In this document: piece after piece, positions 54,589 through 64,000 of the stretch
How the letters are laid out: every line of letters begins with the position of its first letter
How positions within the stretch are numbered: the first letter of the stretch is position 1
DNA from: Bacillota bacterium
GTDB taxonomy: Bacteria > Bacillota > Sulfobacillia > Fermentithermobacillales > Fermentithermobacillaceae
Direction of reading: 5' to 3'
DNA: 64,000 nucleotides
Assembly: GCA_050260675.1 (NCBI GenBank)
Contig: JBLNCN010000010.1
Coordinates: forward strand, 132,523-196,522
The notes under the pieces: generated by a model
What the model was told of the DNA's origin: nothing
The model's input: the letters and a program-made list of their open reading frames with translations, nothing else
The model's database searches: none
Made by a program: the position numbers and the translations under genes

Positions 54589-55738
54589 ATGTACGAGGAC
54601 CTTACCCAGAGACTACAGACCATAGCCGAGAGGCTTGGCAGTATCGGGAGGTCTCTTTGACCTAGAAAGGCTCGAACGCGAACTCCAGGAAGCCAAGAGG
54701 GAACTGGAGGACCCGTCGGTCTGGCAGGACCCAAAGCGCGCCCAGGAGCTCGGCAGGAAACAGAGCCGCATCCAAAGCACGTTGGAGCGCTTTAGCCGGC
54801 TCAGGACCATCTGTGAAGACGACATGGAAATGGCCGCGCTTGCTGAGGCTGAAGCGGACCTGTCGCTCATGGACGACCTCACTGAGTCGGTAAGGAAACT
54901 TGGGGAGGAAGTAAGGGAACTGGAGCTGGAAACCCTCCTTTCCGGGCCCTACGACTCCCGGGACGCCATTTTGACCCTCCACTCGGGGGCGGGCGGCACA
55001 GAGGCTATGGACTGGGTCGAGATGCTGTACCGGATGTACACCCGGTGGGCCGAACGCAAAGGATACAAGACCGAGCTTCTGGACTCGCTCCCCGGGGAAG
55101 AAGCCGGCCTCAAGAACGTGAGTTTCGCGGTAAAAGGAGACCACGCCTACGGCTTTCTCCGCAGCGAGCGGGGCGTTCACCGGCTGGTCCGCATATCGCC
55201 GTTTGACTCCAACGCCCGAAGGCACACTTCGTTTGCTTCTTTGGACGTGCTCCCCGACATAGAAGAGGATTCCGAGGTGCAGTGGAGTCCTGACGAGGTC
55301 AAGATAGACACCTTCAAGTCCTCGGGTGCGGGCGGTCAAAACGTGAACAAAGTTGAGACAGGCGTCCGCATCACGCACATCCCCACAGGCATCGTGGTGT
55401 CGTGCCAGAACGAGCGCTCCCAGCATTCCAACAGAGTCCTGGCGGAGAGAATGCTGGCTGCCAAACTCCTAGCCATTAAGGAAGAACAGCATCGAAAAGA
55501 AGTGGAGACGCTGCGGGGCCCCCAAGGGCTGATCGCGTGGGGGAGCCAGATCCGCTCCTACGTCTTCCAGCCTTACACCATGGTGAAAGACCACAGGACG
55601 GGGTGCGAGATCGGGAGCGTTGAGCGTGTCATGGACGGAGATATCGACGACTTCATATACGCTAAGCTGCAGCAGGATGCCCTGGGTGCGGCGGGAGCGG
55701 CCATAAAGAGGGAGAAGCCTGACCTGGACGAGGTCTAG
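54589..55738 (+). CDS. prfB: Peptide chain release factor 2, requiring a programmed +1 ribosomal frameshift at codon 23
   Basis: ORF0 MYEDLTQRLQTIAERLGSIGRSL ends at TGA 54658-60 within GGGAGG-TCT-CTT-TGA-C. The +1 frame continues DLERLERELQEAK... with SPF (RISPFDSN) and GGQ (SGAGGQNVN). Confidence 0.9.
54646..54661 (+). promoter_or_regulatory. prfB autoregulatory +1 frameshift site (internal SD-like GGGAGG, CUU UGA C)
   Basis: Matches the canonical E. coli/B. subtilis prfB recoding cassette. Confidence 0.85.
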
Positions 55739-55769
55739 GCCAGGCCGGGACTCCCAAAGGAGAGCCGAG

Positions 55770-56210
55770 ATGAGAACACGGAAGAACCTCTTGTTCGCGG
55801 GAATCCTGGTTATGGGCGGAGTCTTGTTGGGCTGGTTCGGGAAGGGGCTCGCCGCGGGCGACCCGGTACTTCCGGGGAGCGAGGAGGACCCGCTGGTGAG
55901 CAGGTCCTATGTTCACTCGTACGTCGGTACAAGCGTAGACGACAGGATGAAGATGGTCGTCGTCGAGGTTCCCGCAGGCAAGAAGCTCATCGGGTCAGCC
56001 GGCACGGAGATCATCGTGAGGTCCGGATCGGCCACCGCCATAGACACCCAGAGCGGCGGGCTCTCGGACGTCACGGCCGGGGTGGACCTTCGGAAGGGCG
56101 ACATCGCTCCCGCGAATCACCTCTTGATCGTGCCGCGGGACGACGGGCGCGGCATCGCGGCGGTGACGTCGCTGTTCGTCATGGTGAGAGGGGCTTACAC
56201 GTTACAGTAG
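55770..56210 (+). CDS. Hypothetical membrane-anchored/secreted protein
   Basis: N-terminal signal/anchor followed by a ~110-aa Gly/Val-rich beta-type domain. Family not recognised. Confidence 0.35.
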   Translation: MRTRKNLLFAGILVMGGVLLGWFGKGLAAGDPVLPGSEEDPLVSRSYVHSYVGTSVDDRMKMVVVEVPAGKKLIGSAGTEIIVRSGSATAIDTQSGGLSDVTAGVDLRKGDIAPANHLLIVPRDDGRGIAAVTSLFVMVRGAYTLQ

Positions 56211-56254
56211 AGTCACAATAGAGTCACAGTAGGGGTTACATTTGGGGGCCGCTG

Positions 56255-57358
56255 CTATTCCGCACTCGCCCCCCTTAGGGCCGCCAGTATCATGTCCACG
56301 TTGTCCTTGGCTAGTGAAGTGAAGATGGGCAGCTTCTCCGTAAGGCCGCGACGAAGCTGTTCGCGGATGTCAATGAAGCGCTCGAGTTCAAGGACGAGGT
56401 CGGTGTTCTTGTGTGACGCCGGGTTAGGTATCACCGGGCATCCGGCTGCTCTACAGAATGCCCCGAGCTTCGGGTCTATCTCGACTCCTATGAACGGCAC
56501 GGCGGCTCTTGCGGCGAGTATCAGAGTGTGAAGCCTCATCCCCACACAGAACGCAGACTTCTCCAAGAGAGCCAGGGCCTCGCGTGGGTTCACGCCTGCC
56601 ACTGACCGGCTCTGTTCCCGGCCCGCTTCAGACAGCCAACGGTTCACGAGGGGCACAAGCTCGGTGTCCTGTTCCTGCATGACCAGGAAGCACGGCTCGA
56701 AACCCTTGGCGCGCAGGAGGCCTACCACAGGCACGAACGACTTGTAGAAGCTCTCCGGCGCTTTTCCGGGGCGCAGGGCGAGCCACACGAGCGGTTTGTC
56801 CCGTGGTATGCCCGCAGATGCCAGGAGCTCGTCCCGCCGGTCATTCGGACAAGGTGTAAGGAGGAAGGCGGGGTCGGCTGTGACTCGGACCGGCCTCCTC
56901 ACTCCGATACGCTTCAGGAGCTTTTCCGACTCCGGGTCACGTACCGTGATCCTCTTGGTCGAGGAGAGCGCCAACCTGGTCAGGAGCCTTCCGATCCACG
57001 AGCGTATGGGACCGATTCCGTTGGCGTACACGGCAACCGGCTTCCTGAACACCCTCGACGCGAAGATGATGGACAGGTAGTAAAGCAGCGATCTGAAGGA
57101 AGTATCGTCCTGGAGCAGGCTGCCTCCGCCGAAGACCACCAGGTCTGCGGCCAGCACTCCTCTCACGACGTCCCTGGGGGACATTCTCCCGTACGCGACA
57201 ACCCCGTAGGTCTTCGCCGTCTCCTCCGGGTTTGCCGAAAGGACCGAGATCTCGATGGCCGGGTCCTTTGCGCGCAGGCTTTCGACGGTGGAGGCGAGTA
57301 TTGCTTCGTCGCCGACGTTTCCGAACCCGTAGTAGCCGGAAAGGAGCACTCTAGCCAC
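56255..57358 (-). CDS. csaB: Polysaccharide pyruvyl transferase CsaB
   Basis: MARVLLSGYYGFGNVGDEAIL is the PS_pyruv_trans N-terminus. Confidence 0.85.
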   Translation of the reverse strand: MARVLLSGYYGFGNVGDEAILASTVESLRAKDPAIEISVLSANPEETAKTYGVVAYGRMSPRDVVRGVLAADLVVFGGGSLLQDDTSFRSLLYYLSIIFASRVFRKPVAVYANGIGPIRSWIGRLLTRLALSSTKRITVRDPESEKLLKRIGVRRPVRVTADPAFLLTPCPNDRRDELLASAGIPRDKPLVWLALRPGKAPESFYKSFVPVVGLLRAKGFEPCFLVMQEQDTELVPLVNRWLSEAGREQSRSVAGVNPREALALLEKSAFCVGMRLHTLILAARAAVPFIGVEIDPKLGAFCRAAGCPVIPNPASHKNTDLVLELERFIDIREQLRRGLTEKLPIFTSLAKDNVDMILAALRGASAE

Positions 57359-57460
57359 GAAGCCTCACCTCCGCCTCTTCCCGATAATAATGCGGGTGAC
57401 CCATGTCAAGCATAGCAAAAAGGGAGATCGCTGTAAAAACGGGTCGCCTCCGGGGGGAGG

Positions 57461-58330
57461 ATGGCCGGGCGCTCTTGTAGAAATGTGGCGTGTAGAGATG
57501 TAACCCACAAAAAGCCGGGGAATGGTGAGGCAGTGGCTCGGGTCGTGGACATCTTGGGGGTCGAGTTTTACCCGATTACCTTTGGCGGCGCCTGCAGGGC
57601 GCTGGACTGGATGCTATCCCTAAACGACGGGAAGACCCGCCTCGCCGTTACAGGCAACCCCATTATGGTCATGATTGCCCGGAAGGACCCCGAATTTGCC
57701 AGGATCCTCAGCTGCGCCGACCTCTTGGTGCCAGACGGCATCGGCATCATATGGGCCGCCAAGAGAGCGGGACGCAGCCTTCCCGAGAGGGTGACGGGCG
57801 TTGATTTGACAAACTACCTCCTGTCCAAGAAGCCTTCGCCCCGCATCTTCCTCCTGGGGGGGAAACCGGGGGTGGCAGAGAGGGCAAAGAACCGCCTGAT
57901 CAAGGACATGCCGTGGGTGCGTATCGCCGGCCTTCACCACGGCTACTTCAAAGAGGACGAGGAAGAGGCGGTTGTCCGTAAGGTGCGGTTCAGCGAGGCC
58001 GACGTGGTGCTGGCCGGAATGGGCGCGCCGAGGCAGGAGAAGTTCCTGTGGCGGAACCGCGATGCCCTTGGAGCCAAGCTAGGGATGGGCGTCGGCGGAA
58101 CGCTCGATATACTGGCCGGGGACGTGGCTCTGACCCCTCTGGCGCTGCGAAAGGCAGGGCTCGAGTGGCTTCACAGGCTGGTGAGACAGCCGGGACGCAT
58201 CAAAGCGGACGTGGCACTGTTTGAATTCGCGCTCAGGGTCATGGCCAGAACAATGTTCGGCAAGGGCAGAGCACCAGAAGGAGACCAAGAAGATGAAGAC
58301 CAGGGATACTATGATGCAAGGCGGGAGTGA
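57461..58330 (+). CDS. tagA: WecB/TagA/CpsF family glycosyltransferase (ManNAc transferase TagA-like)
   Basis: ILGVEFYPITFGGA...LLVPDGIGIIWAAK is the Glyco_tran_WecB signature. The start is uncertain (possibly GTG 57533), and the gene is divergent from csaB. Confidence 0.8.
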   Translation: MAGRSCRNVACRDVTHKKPGNGEAVARVVDILGVEFYPITFGGACRALDWMLSLNDGKTRLAVTGNPIMVMIARKDPEFARILSCADLLVPDGIGIIWAAKRAGRSLPERVTGVDLTNYLLSKKPSPRIFLLGGKPGVAERAKNRLIKDMPWVRIAGLHHGYFKEDEEEAVVRKVRFSEADVVLAGMGAPRQEKFLWRNRDALGAKLGMGVGGTLDILAGDVALTPLALRKAGLEWLHRLVRQPGRIKADVALFEFALRVMARTMFGKGRAPEGDQEDEDQGYYDARRE

Positions 58331-59165
58331 CGTCGTGTCTCACGTGGAGCGGATCGCGCACACGCTGAGGCGCCACGTGGTCGAGATGGTCGGAAAGGCC
58401 GGCTCGGGCCACCCCGGAGGATCGCTGTCGGCAGCGGACATTATGGCTGTTCTCTACTTCGGTGATGTGCTCAAGGTGGATCCGGCGAACCCGGCTTGGC
58501 CCGATAGAGACAGGTTTGTTCTGTCCAAAGGACACGCCGCACCTATTCTCTACGCCGCGCTCGCCGAGAGAGGTTTCTTCCCGGTCGAAATCCTCCCCAC
58601 CCTAAGGCAACTGGGTTCGATACTGCAGGGGCATCCGGATGCCCGGAAGGTGCCCGGCGTGGAGGTCTCCACCGGCTCCCTTGGCCAGGGGCTATCCCTT
58701 GCCGTAGGCATGGCGTTGGCCGGCAAGATCGACAGGAAATCGTACAGGGTCTGGGCTCTCGTGGGTGACGGCGAGTCCGAGGAAGGGCAGATATGGGAAG
58801 CCGCGATGTCCGCCGCCCACTACAAACTCGATAACCTGACTGCCATTGTGGACCACAACCACCTGCAGATAGACGGTCCGGTGTGTGAGGTTATGACGCC
58901 CGAGCCTATGGCGGACAAGTGGAGGGCTTTCGGTTGGGACGTCGTGGAGGTGGACGGCCACAACGTACGGGACCTCCTCACGGCGTTCAAGGCTCCGCCG
59001 GTCCAAGGAAAACCCCGGGCGATCATAGCGGAGACAGTGAAAGGCAAAGGTGTCAGCTACATGGAAGGACTCGCGGCGTGGCATGGGAAGGCGCCCAAGG
59101 GCGAGGAGTTGGACAGAGCGTTGGCCGAGCTGGCGCTGCCCAAAAAGGACAGGGGGTGCCGCTAA
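58293..59165 (+). CDS. tkt: Transketolase, N-terminal (TPP-binding) subunit
   Basis: GSGHPGGSLSAADIMAVLYF...GSLGQGLSLAVGMALA. ATG 58293 has AAGGAGA 8 nt upstream and overlaps the tagA 3' end by 38 nt. Confidence 0.85.
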   Translation: MKTRDTMMQGGSDVVSHVERIAHTLRRHVVEMVGKAGSGHPGGSLSAADIMAVLYFGDVLKVDPANPAWPDRDRFVLSKGHAAPILYAALAERGFFPVEILPTLRQLGSILQGHPDARKVPGVEVSTGSLGQGLSLAVGMALAGKIDRKSYRVWALVGDGESEEGQIWEAAMSAAHYKLDNLTAIVDHNHLQIDGPVCEVMTPEPMADKWRAFGWDVVEVDGHNVRDLLTAFKAPPVQGKPRAIIAETVKGKGVSYMEGLAAWHGKAPKGEELDRALAELALPKKDRGCR

Positions 59166-60145
59166 TGGTAGCTCCAAGGGAAGCATACGGTGATACACTG
59201 GTTGAACTGGGTAAAGAGGACACCCGCATAGTTGTCCTGGACGCCGACCTCTCGGCCTCCACCAAGACCGACAAGTTCCGCAAGGCGTATCCCGACCGAT
59301 TCTTTAACATGGGGATCGCTGAGTCCAATATGATGGCAGTGGCTGCAGGCCTGGCCCAATCCGGGAAGATCGCGTTTGCCTCGACCTTCGCGGTGTTCGC
59401 CACCGGCAGGACCTACGATCAGATAAGGCAGTCCATCGCGTACCCGAGGTTCAACGTGAAGATTGTGGCAACCCACGGAGGCCTTACCGTCGGCCCTGAC
59501 GGCGCTTCCCATCAAGCCCTGGAAGATGTGGCTCTCATGCGAGCTCTCCCCGGTATGGTGGTCATTGTTCCCGCCGATGTGGCTGAAACCAAGGCCGCAG
59601 TGAGGGCCGCGGCGGCCCACGACGGGCCCGCCTACATTAGGCTCGGGCGCGAAGCCGTCCCCGACGTCTTGCCACAAGGAGCAGGATTTGAGATAGGAAA
59701 GAGCAGTGTCCTGTGGCCTGCCATCGGGCGCGAGGCGATTGTGGCGGCTCCCAAAGGCCCGACGCCCCGGTTTGACCTCACCTTTGCGGCTTGCGGCGTG
59801 ATGGTGAAGCCCTGTCTGGATGCCGCCAAGGAGCTGGAGGCTCAAGGCATTAAGTGCGCTGTCGCTAACTTCTCTTCGGTGAAACCCATGGATACGGAGC
59901 TCCTGCTAGCTCTCGCCCGCGAGAGCAAAGCGATTGTCACTGCCGAGGAGCACAGCGTTGTAGGCGGCCTGGGCGGAGCAGTTGCGGAGACTCTGTCGGC
60001 TGAGCAGCCGATACTGGTGCGGCGCGTGGGTGTCCAGGACCGGTTCGGCGAGTCAGGTCCCGCTGAGGATCTCCTGAGGGCGTACGGCCTGACCGCGAAA
60101 GATGTCGCAGAGGCCGGAAGAGCGGCCCTCGCGGCTGCCAAGTAG
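59165..60145 (+). CDS. tkt: Transketolase, C-terminal (pyrimidine-binding) subunit
   Basis: MVAPREAYGDTLVELGKEDTRIVVLDADLSAST. The start overlaps the N-subunit stop (TAATG). Confidence 0.9.
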   Translation: MVAPREAYGDTLVELGKEDTRIVVLDADLSASTKTDKFRKAYPDRFFNMGIAESNMMAVAAGLAQSGKIAFASTFAVFATGRTYDQIRQSIAYPRFNVKIVATHGGLTVGPDGASHQALEDVALMRALPGMVVIVPADVAETKAAVRAAAAHDGPAYIRLGREAVPDVLPQGAGFEIGKSSVLWPAIGREAIVAAPKGPTPRFDLTFAACGVMVKPCLDAAKELEAQGIKCAVANFSSVKPMDTELLLALARESKAIVTAEEHSVVGGLGGAVAETLSAEQPILVRRVGVQDRFGESGPAEDLLRAYGLTAKDVAEAGRAALAAAK

Positions 60146-60264
60146 TAGACACCGTCCTATGTTCCCTGCATGATGCCTGTTTGCCGTAGTGTCTTCGCGA
60201 GTGGAAACAGGATCGGGTCATATGCTGTCGAATATATGAGGGTGGCAAGACCTTCTTCCGGACG

Positions 60265-60954
60265 GTGACCTTATTGATATCATTGCGAGGCGTCTCAAAA
60301 CGATACTCCACGGGCATGGTCGCCCTCGATCATGTGGATCTTGAGATCAAGAAGGGCGAGTTCGTGTTCATCGTAGGCCAGAGCGGCGCAGGCAAGTCCA
60401 CGCTGATCAAACTCCTGTACAAAGAGGAAAACCCGACCAGCGGGCAGGTCCTGGTCGGCGGCAAAGACCTTACCAAGATGCGGCGTAGGGAGGTCCCTTT
60501 CCTCCGTCGCAAGATCGGCGTCGTGTTTCAGGACTTCAAACTGCTCGAGGATCGCACTGTGGCGGAAAACGTCGCCTTCGCGTTGCTCGTCACCGGCTAT
60601 TCTGGGAGAGACCCGGCGAAGAGCGTCTCGCAGGTCCTATCACTGGTAGGGCTCAAAGAAAGGCAGAACGCGTATCCCTCGCAGCTGTCCGGTGGTGAGC
60701 AGCAGAGGGTGGCCATCGCACGGGCACTTGTCCGAAATCCGGATCTTCTGATCGCGGACGAGCCCACCGGCAACCTGGATCCAGATACCTCGCTTGAAAT
60801 CTTCAAACTAATTGAGCGCGCAAATATGTTTGGGACGACGGTTGTCGTAGCCACTCACGCCAGGCACATCGTTGATTCCATGCGCAAACGCGTCATTGAA
60901 CTGCGGAAAGGCTCCGTGGTCAGGGACGCTCGAAGAGGGGCGTACGATTATTGA
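60265..60954 (+). CDS. ftsE: Cell-division ABC transporter ATP-binding protein FtsE
   Basis: Walker [10 protein letters not shown], signature [15 protein letters not shown]. The start codon is uncertain, with no good RBS before GTG 60265. Confidence 0.9.
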   Translation: MTLLISLRGVSKRYSTGMVALDHVDLEIKKGEFVFIVGQSGAGKSTLIKLLYKEENPTSGQVLVGGKDLTKMRRREVPFLRRKIGVVFQDFKLLEDRTVAENVAFALLVTGYSGRDPAKSVSQVLSLVGLKERQNAYPSQLSGGEQQRVAIARALVRNPDLLIADEPTGNLDPDTSLEIFKLIERANMFGTTVVVATHARHIVDSMRKRVIELRKGSVVRDARRGAYDY

Positions 60955-61841
60955 GGTTCTCTAGCAGCGGATATCTCCTTGGGGAGACGGGGAAGAGCAT
61001 ATGGAGGAACAAGATGTCCTCCTTCCTTTCGTGCGCTACCACGGCCCTGTCCCTCTTTTTGCTCGGGGTAGCCTTCTTAATCAGTCTAAACATCAAGTTT
61101 ACCTACACTGTAGTCCAGGACCAGATGGAGATCCAAGCCTATCTGGTGAAAGATGCAACTATCGACCAATCACAGGCCGTCTTCGACGCCATCAAGAAGC
61201 TGCCCGGAGTATCCAATGCCGAATATGTAAGCCGAGAAGAGGCGCTGGAGTGGCTCAAGCAGAGATTCCAGGACAACGCCTCGGTGCTGGCGGGCTTGGG
61301 CGATGATAACCCCCTTCCGGCAAGCGTCAGAGTGAAAGTCGCGGATGTGGCGGACACGCCTACGGTGGTCGCTGAGATCAAGAAGATACCCCAGATCGAA
61401 GACGTAATCTACCAGGAAGGTACCTCCAGGCAGCTGGCTTCACTAGGGATCGCCTCCCAATACGTATCGCTGGGCGGAATGCTGGTCGTTGGACTGGTCG
61501 CCATCATGGTCATCGGAAACTCAATACGACTGACTATCGATGCGCGCAGGCATGAAATCGGGATCATGAAACTGGTCGGCGCGACAGACGAGTTTATTAT
61601 TGGGCCGTTCCTGCTGGAAGGCATGATTCTGGGCATGCTGGGCGGCCTCGTGGGAGAGGGCTTGGTCGTTGGCCTGTACGTTTGGGTCGTTAGAGGAGTG
61701 CAGACGGTTGTGCCGTTCCTGCCGGTCATGAACCTCACGATGCCTGTTGCCCTGGACATGCTGGGCGTCATGTTGGTGACCGGTATGGCGGTAGGCACCA
61801 TAGGCTCGGTCCTTGCTCTGCGAAAGCACCTTAGAGTATGA
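60951..61841 (+). CDS. ftsX: Cell-division ABC transporter permease FtsX
   Basis: Four TM helices with a large extracytoplasmic loop. It overlaps ftsE by 4 nt. Confidence 0.88.
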   Translation: MRFSSSGYLLGETGKSIWRNKMSSFLSCATTALSLFLLGVAFLISLNIKFTYTVVQDQMEIQAYLVKDATIDQSQAVFDAIKKLPGVSNAEYVSREEALEWLKQRFQDNASVLAGLGDDNPLPASVRVKVADVADTPTVVAEIKKIPQIEDVIYQEGTSRQLASLGIASQYVSLGGMLVVGLVAIMVIGNSIRLTIDARRHEIGIMKLVGATDEFIIGPFLLEGMILGMLGGLVGEGLVVGLYVWVVRGVQTVVPFLPVMNLTMPVALDMLGVMLVTGMAVGTIGSVLALRKHLRV

Positions 61842-61949
61842 GGCGAGCATAAGGCGGAGCCGCAGGTAGCGGCGGCTACACGACCTGAGCGAAGAAGATC
61901 GGCTTTGGAGTACCGGATGGGGCGGGGGATTGCAGTGAGACGTGTTAAT

Positions 61950-63092
61950 ATGGCTTTTAGGCTGATTGCGGCGATCTTGCTTATTTCGGCGGCCCTTGTT
62001 GTGGCGCCCAACTCTTTGGCTCTGGGGGCCCCCCAGGAGATAGACCTCCGCATAGACGAACTGAGCGAGCTCCAGAAAGAGATTGAAGAGCTCCAGAAGC
62101 AGCTGCAATCCAAGACAAGTACAGAGAAGTCCGTGTTGGCTGAACTGGCTAAACTTGAGAACCAGCTCGCGCTCGCCAACAAGGAACTGAACTACATAGA
62201 AGTCCAGTTGTCGGTCACAGACAGCCAGATCAACGTGACCCGGAACGAAGTCCGGGAAACCGAGGAGAAACTCGCCAGCCAGAAGGCTGCTTTCGACTCC
62301 AGATTGGTGAGCATGTACAAGGCCAGCAGGATCTCCTACCTCGACATGCTGCTCAGTTCCGGGAGCCTCTCGGAGCTCATGGCCCGCATGCATTACCTAA
62401 AGCAGATCGCCGTTCAGGATAGCGCCCTCATAGACGAGTATTGCGCGAACAGGGAAGCACTCCTGGCTAAGCAGGCTGAACTCGAGGAGTACCAGGCCAA
62501 GCTTATGGGGCTCAAGGCTTCCCAGGAACGCAAGCGGGCCGAGGTCACTTCTCGAAGCCATGATCGTGAGCAGTATCTTAACCGTGTCCAGGCCGACAAG
62601 GAGCAACTCGCCCAGGCTCTGGACCAGATGCAGAAAGAAGCCGACGCTCTCAACAAGATCATTGCGGATCTCCAGGCTAAGGGCCAAAAACCCCAGGCAC
62701 ACCCCCTTCAGATGGCGTGGCCCATCTCGGGAGGGTGGATCAGTTCCAACTACGGCAACCGGTACCACCCGATACTTGGCTACTACAAATGGCATTCCGG
62801 CATCGATTATGCCGCGAACCGGGGTACCCCGATCAAAGCCATGGAAGACGGTACAGTAATCTTGGCCGGAGTCAACGGCGGTTACGGCAACTGCGTGATT
62901 ATCGACCATGGCGGTAAGGTCTCAACGCTCTACGGTCACGCGGACAAGCTCCTGGTGAAGACGGGGCAGGATGTAATCAAGGGCCAGACGATCGCGCTTG
63001 TCGGCAGCACCGGGCTCTCAACCGGTCCACACCTTCACTTTGAAGTCCGCGTTAACGGTGAGACCCAGGACCCCCTGAAGTGGCTGCCTTAA
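61950..63092 (+). CDS. Coiled-coil M23 (LytM) peptidoglycan endopeptidase, EnvC/PcsB-like FtsEX partner candidate
   Basis: Signal peptide, a ~230-aa coiled coil, and an intact M23 domain (YHPILGYYKWHSGIDYAA...GPHLHFEVRVNG). The ORF-track start at 61905 lies upstream of the predicted signal-peptide Met. Confidence 0.85.
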   Translation: MAFRLIAAILLISAALVVAPNSLALGAPQEIDLRIDELSELQKEIEELQKQLQSKTSTEKSVLAELAKLENQLALANKELNYIEVQLSVTDSQINVTRNEVRETEEKLASQKAAFDSRLVSMYKASRISYLDMLLSSGSLSELMARMHYLKQIAVQDSALIDEYCANREALLAKQAELEEYQAKLMGLKASQERKRAEVTSRSHDREQYLNRVQADKEQLAQALDQMQKEADALNKIIADLQAKGQKPQAHPLQMAWPISGGWISSNYGNRYHPILGYYKWHSGIDYAANRGTPIKAMEDGTVILAGVNGGYGNCVIIDHGGKVSTLYGHADKLLVKTGQDVIKGQTIALVGSTGLSTGPHLHFEVRVNGETQDPLKWLP

Positions 63093-63228
63093 GGCAAATG
63101 CAGAGCGATAGCGGCGCATCAGCGGCACATTTTCCGTGTCGCAGCCCTCACTCTTGCTCCGTTTTGGCTTAGCGGATATGCTGAGTTGAAAAGGCTCTTT
63201 TGCCACGCAAAGGGGGACCGGTTCCTCC

Positions 63229-63999
63229 ATGATGTCCAAGAGAAGGGCTACTCTACTGTGCGTTGCGTTCGCTTTGCTGGCTGCCATCGCCGGCGCGGCC
63301 GCCACGGCCTACTATATCTACACGGGCCCTGTTGGCCGTATCTACGGGATAGTGAACCTGCTAGACGAGAACTTCTACAAGCCCATTGACAGGGCGAAGG
63401 TCTTGGAGGGAGCCGCCGGTGGCGTGGTCCTGATGTTGGGGGATCCCTACTCCATCTTCATGAACCCCCAGGAGTGGAACGAGTTCAACATCAAGACCTC
63501 CGGCGAGTACTCCGGCATCGGGGTGACCATCGGAGTCAAGGGCAACAGAGTGCAAATAGCCCCGCCCATGAGGGGTGGTCCGGCGGAAGAAGCAGGGCTT
63601 CGTGGCGGCGACATAATCCTCATGGTTGACGGAGAGACCATCCGCACCAGCGATGAAGCGGCCGCGCGGATCCGGGGTGAGGCTGGTACCAACGTGACTC
63701 TTACGATCCAGCGGGACGAGGAAGTATTTGACGTGACAATCACTCGGAGACAGATCGTGGTGCCTGCCACGAATTACTCCATGAAAGACGGAGACATCGG
63801 CTACATCGAGCTCCTCAGCTTCAACGAGCATTCGGCTGCGGAGACGGCTAAGGCGCTGTCGGATCTCAAGGCGCAGGGGGCTAAGGCCATTGTTCTGGAC
63901 CTCAGGTACAACGCCGGAGGATATGTGGAGCAGTGCAGGCAGATAGCCGAGCTCTTTGTTCCCAAGGGAGTGCTGGTCACTCTGCGGTACAAGAACAGG
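63229..63999 (+). CDS. Carboxy-terminal processing protease (S41, CtpA/CtpB-like), 5' part; it runs off the window end
   Basis: MMSKRRATLLCVAFALLAAIAGAAA signal/anchor, then a PDZ (GGDIILMVDGE) and the start of the S41 domain. The ORF track missed it because the window ends before its stop codon. Confidence 0.85.
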   Translation, partial: MMSKRRATLLCVAFALLAAIAGAAATAYYIYTGPVGRIYGIVNLLDENFYKPIDRAKVLEGAAGGVVLMLGDPYSIFMNPQEWNEFNIKTSGEYSGIGVTIGVKGNRVQIAPPMRGGPAEEAGLRGGDIILMVDGETIRTSDEAAARIRGEAGTNVTLTIQRDEEVFDVTITRRQIVVPATNYSMKDGDIGYIELLSFNEHSAAETAKALSDLKAQGAKAIVLDLRYNAGGYVEQCRQIAELFVPKGVLVTLRYKNR

Positions 64000-64000
64000 C

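Noticed and set aside
54635-55738. ORF-track version of prfB starting at an internal Met
   Set aside because: Replaced by the frameshifted full-length model starting at 54589. The internal Met lacks an RBS, and the upstream 0-frame ORF plus the CUU-UGA-C cassette explain the N-terminus.
58221-58292. N-terminal extension of the transketolase N-subunit ORF (MNSRSGSWPEQCSARAEHQKETKK)
   Set aside because: It lies wholly inside tagA coding sequence in another frame. ATG 58293 has a proper RBS and gives a normal transketolase N-terminus.

Overview
This 64-kb window comes from a high-GC (~60%) endospore-forming, flagellated Firmicute. Its gene order broadly follows the Bacillus subtilis rho-rpmE ... 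prfA-prmC-ywlC-ywlE-rpiB-ywlG ... mnaA-[atp]-murAA-spoIID ... spoIIID-mbl-flhO-flhP-fabZ ... comFC-yvyF-flgM-flgK-flgL-fliW-csrA-[hag]-fliD-fliS-fliT-hpf-secA-prfB ... ftsE-ftsX-ctpB backbone. Several lineage-specific differences stand out. (1) A complete V/A-type ATPase operon (ntpGIKECFABD) sits in the chromosomal slot where the F-type atp operon lies in Bacillus. (2) tsaC (ywlC) is fused in frame to a YwlE-like protein arginine/low-molecular-weight phosphatase. (3) About 10 kb holding c-di-GMP, chemotaxis-like, peptidase and modification genes is inserted inside the otherwise conserved spoIID / spoIIQ-like / spoIIID / mbl sporulation cluster. (4) The late flagellar cluster lacks a flagellin gene between csrA and fliD, and FliD carries an inserted discoidin (F5/8 type C) lectin-like domain. 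(5) A four-gene block of unknown function (two uncharacterized proteins, a 7TM HD-GYP and a DUF membrane protein) is inserted between hpf and secA. (6) prfB contains the classical programmed +1 frameshift, which the ORF track mis-starts. Three c-di-GMP turnover enzymes are interleaved with sporulation and flagellar genes. I found no CRISPR array, rRNA or convincing tRNA. Genes are densely packed, often with 1-4 nt overlaps, and the many long antisense ORFs in the track are high-GC artefacts.
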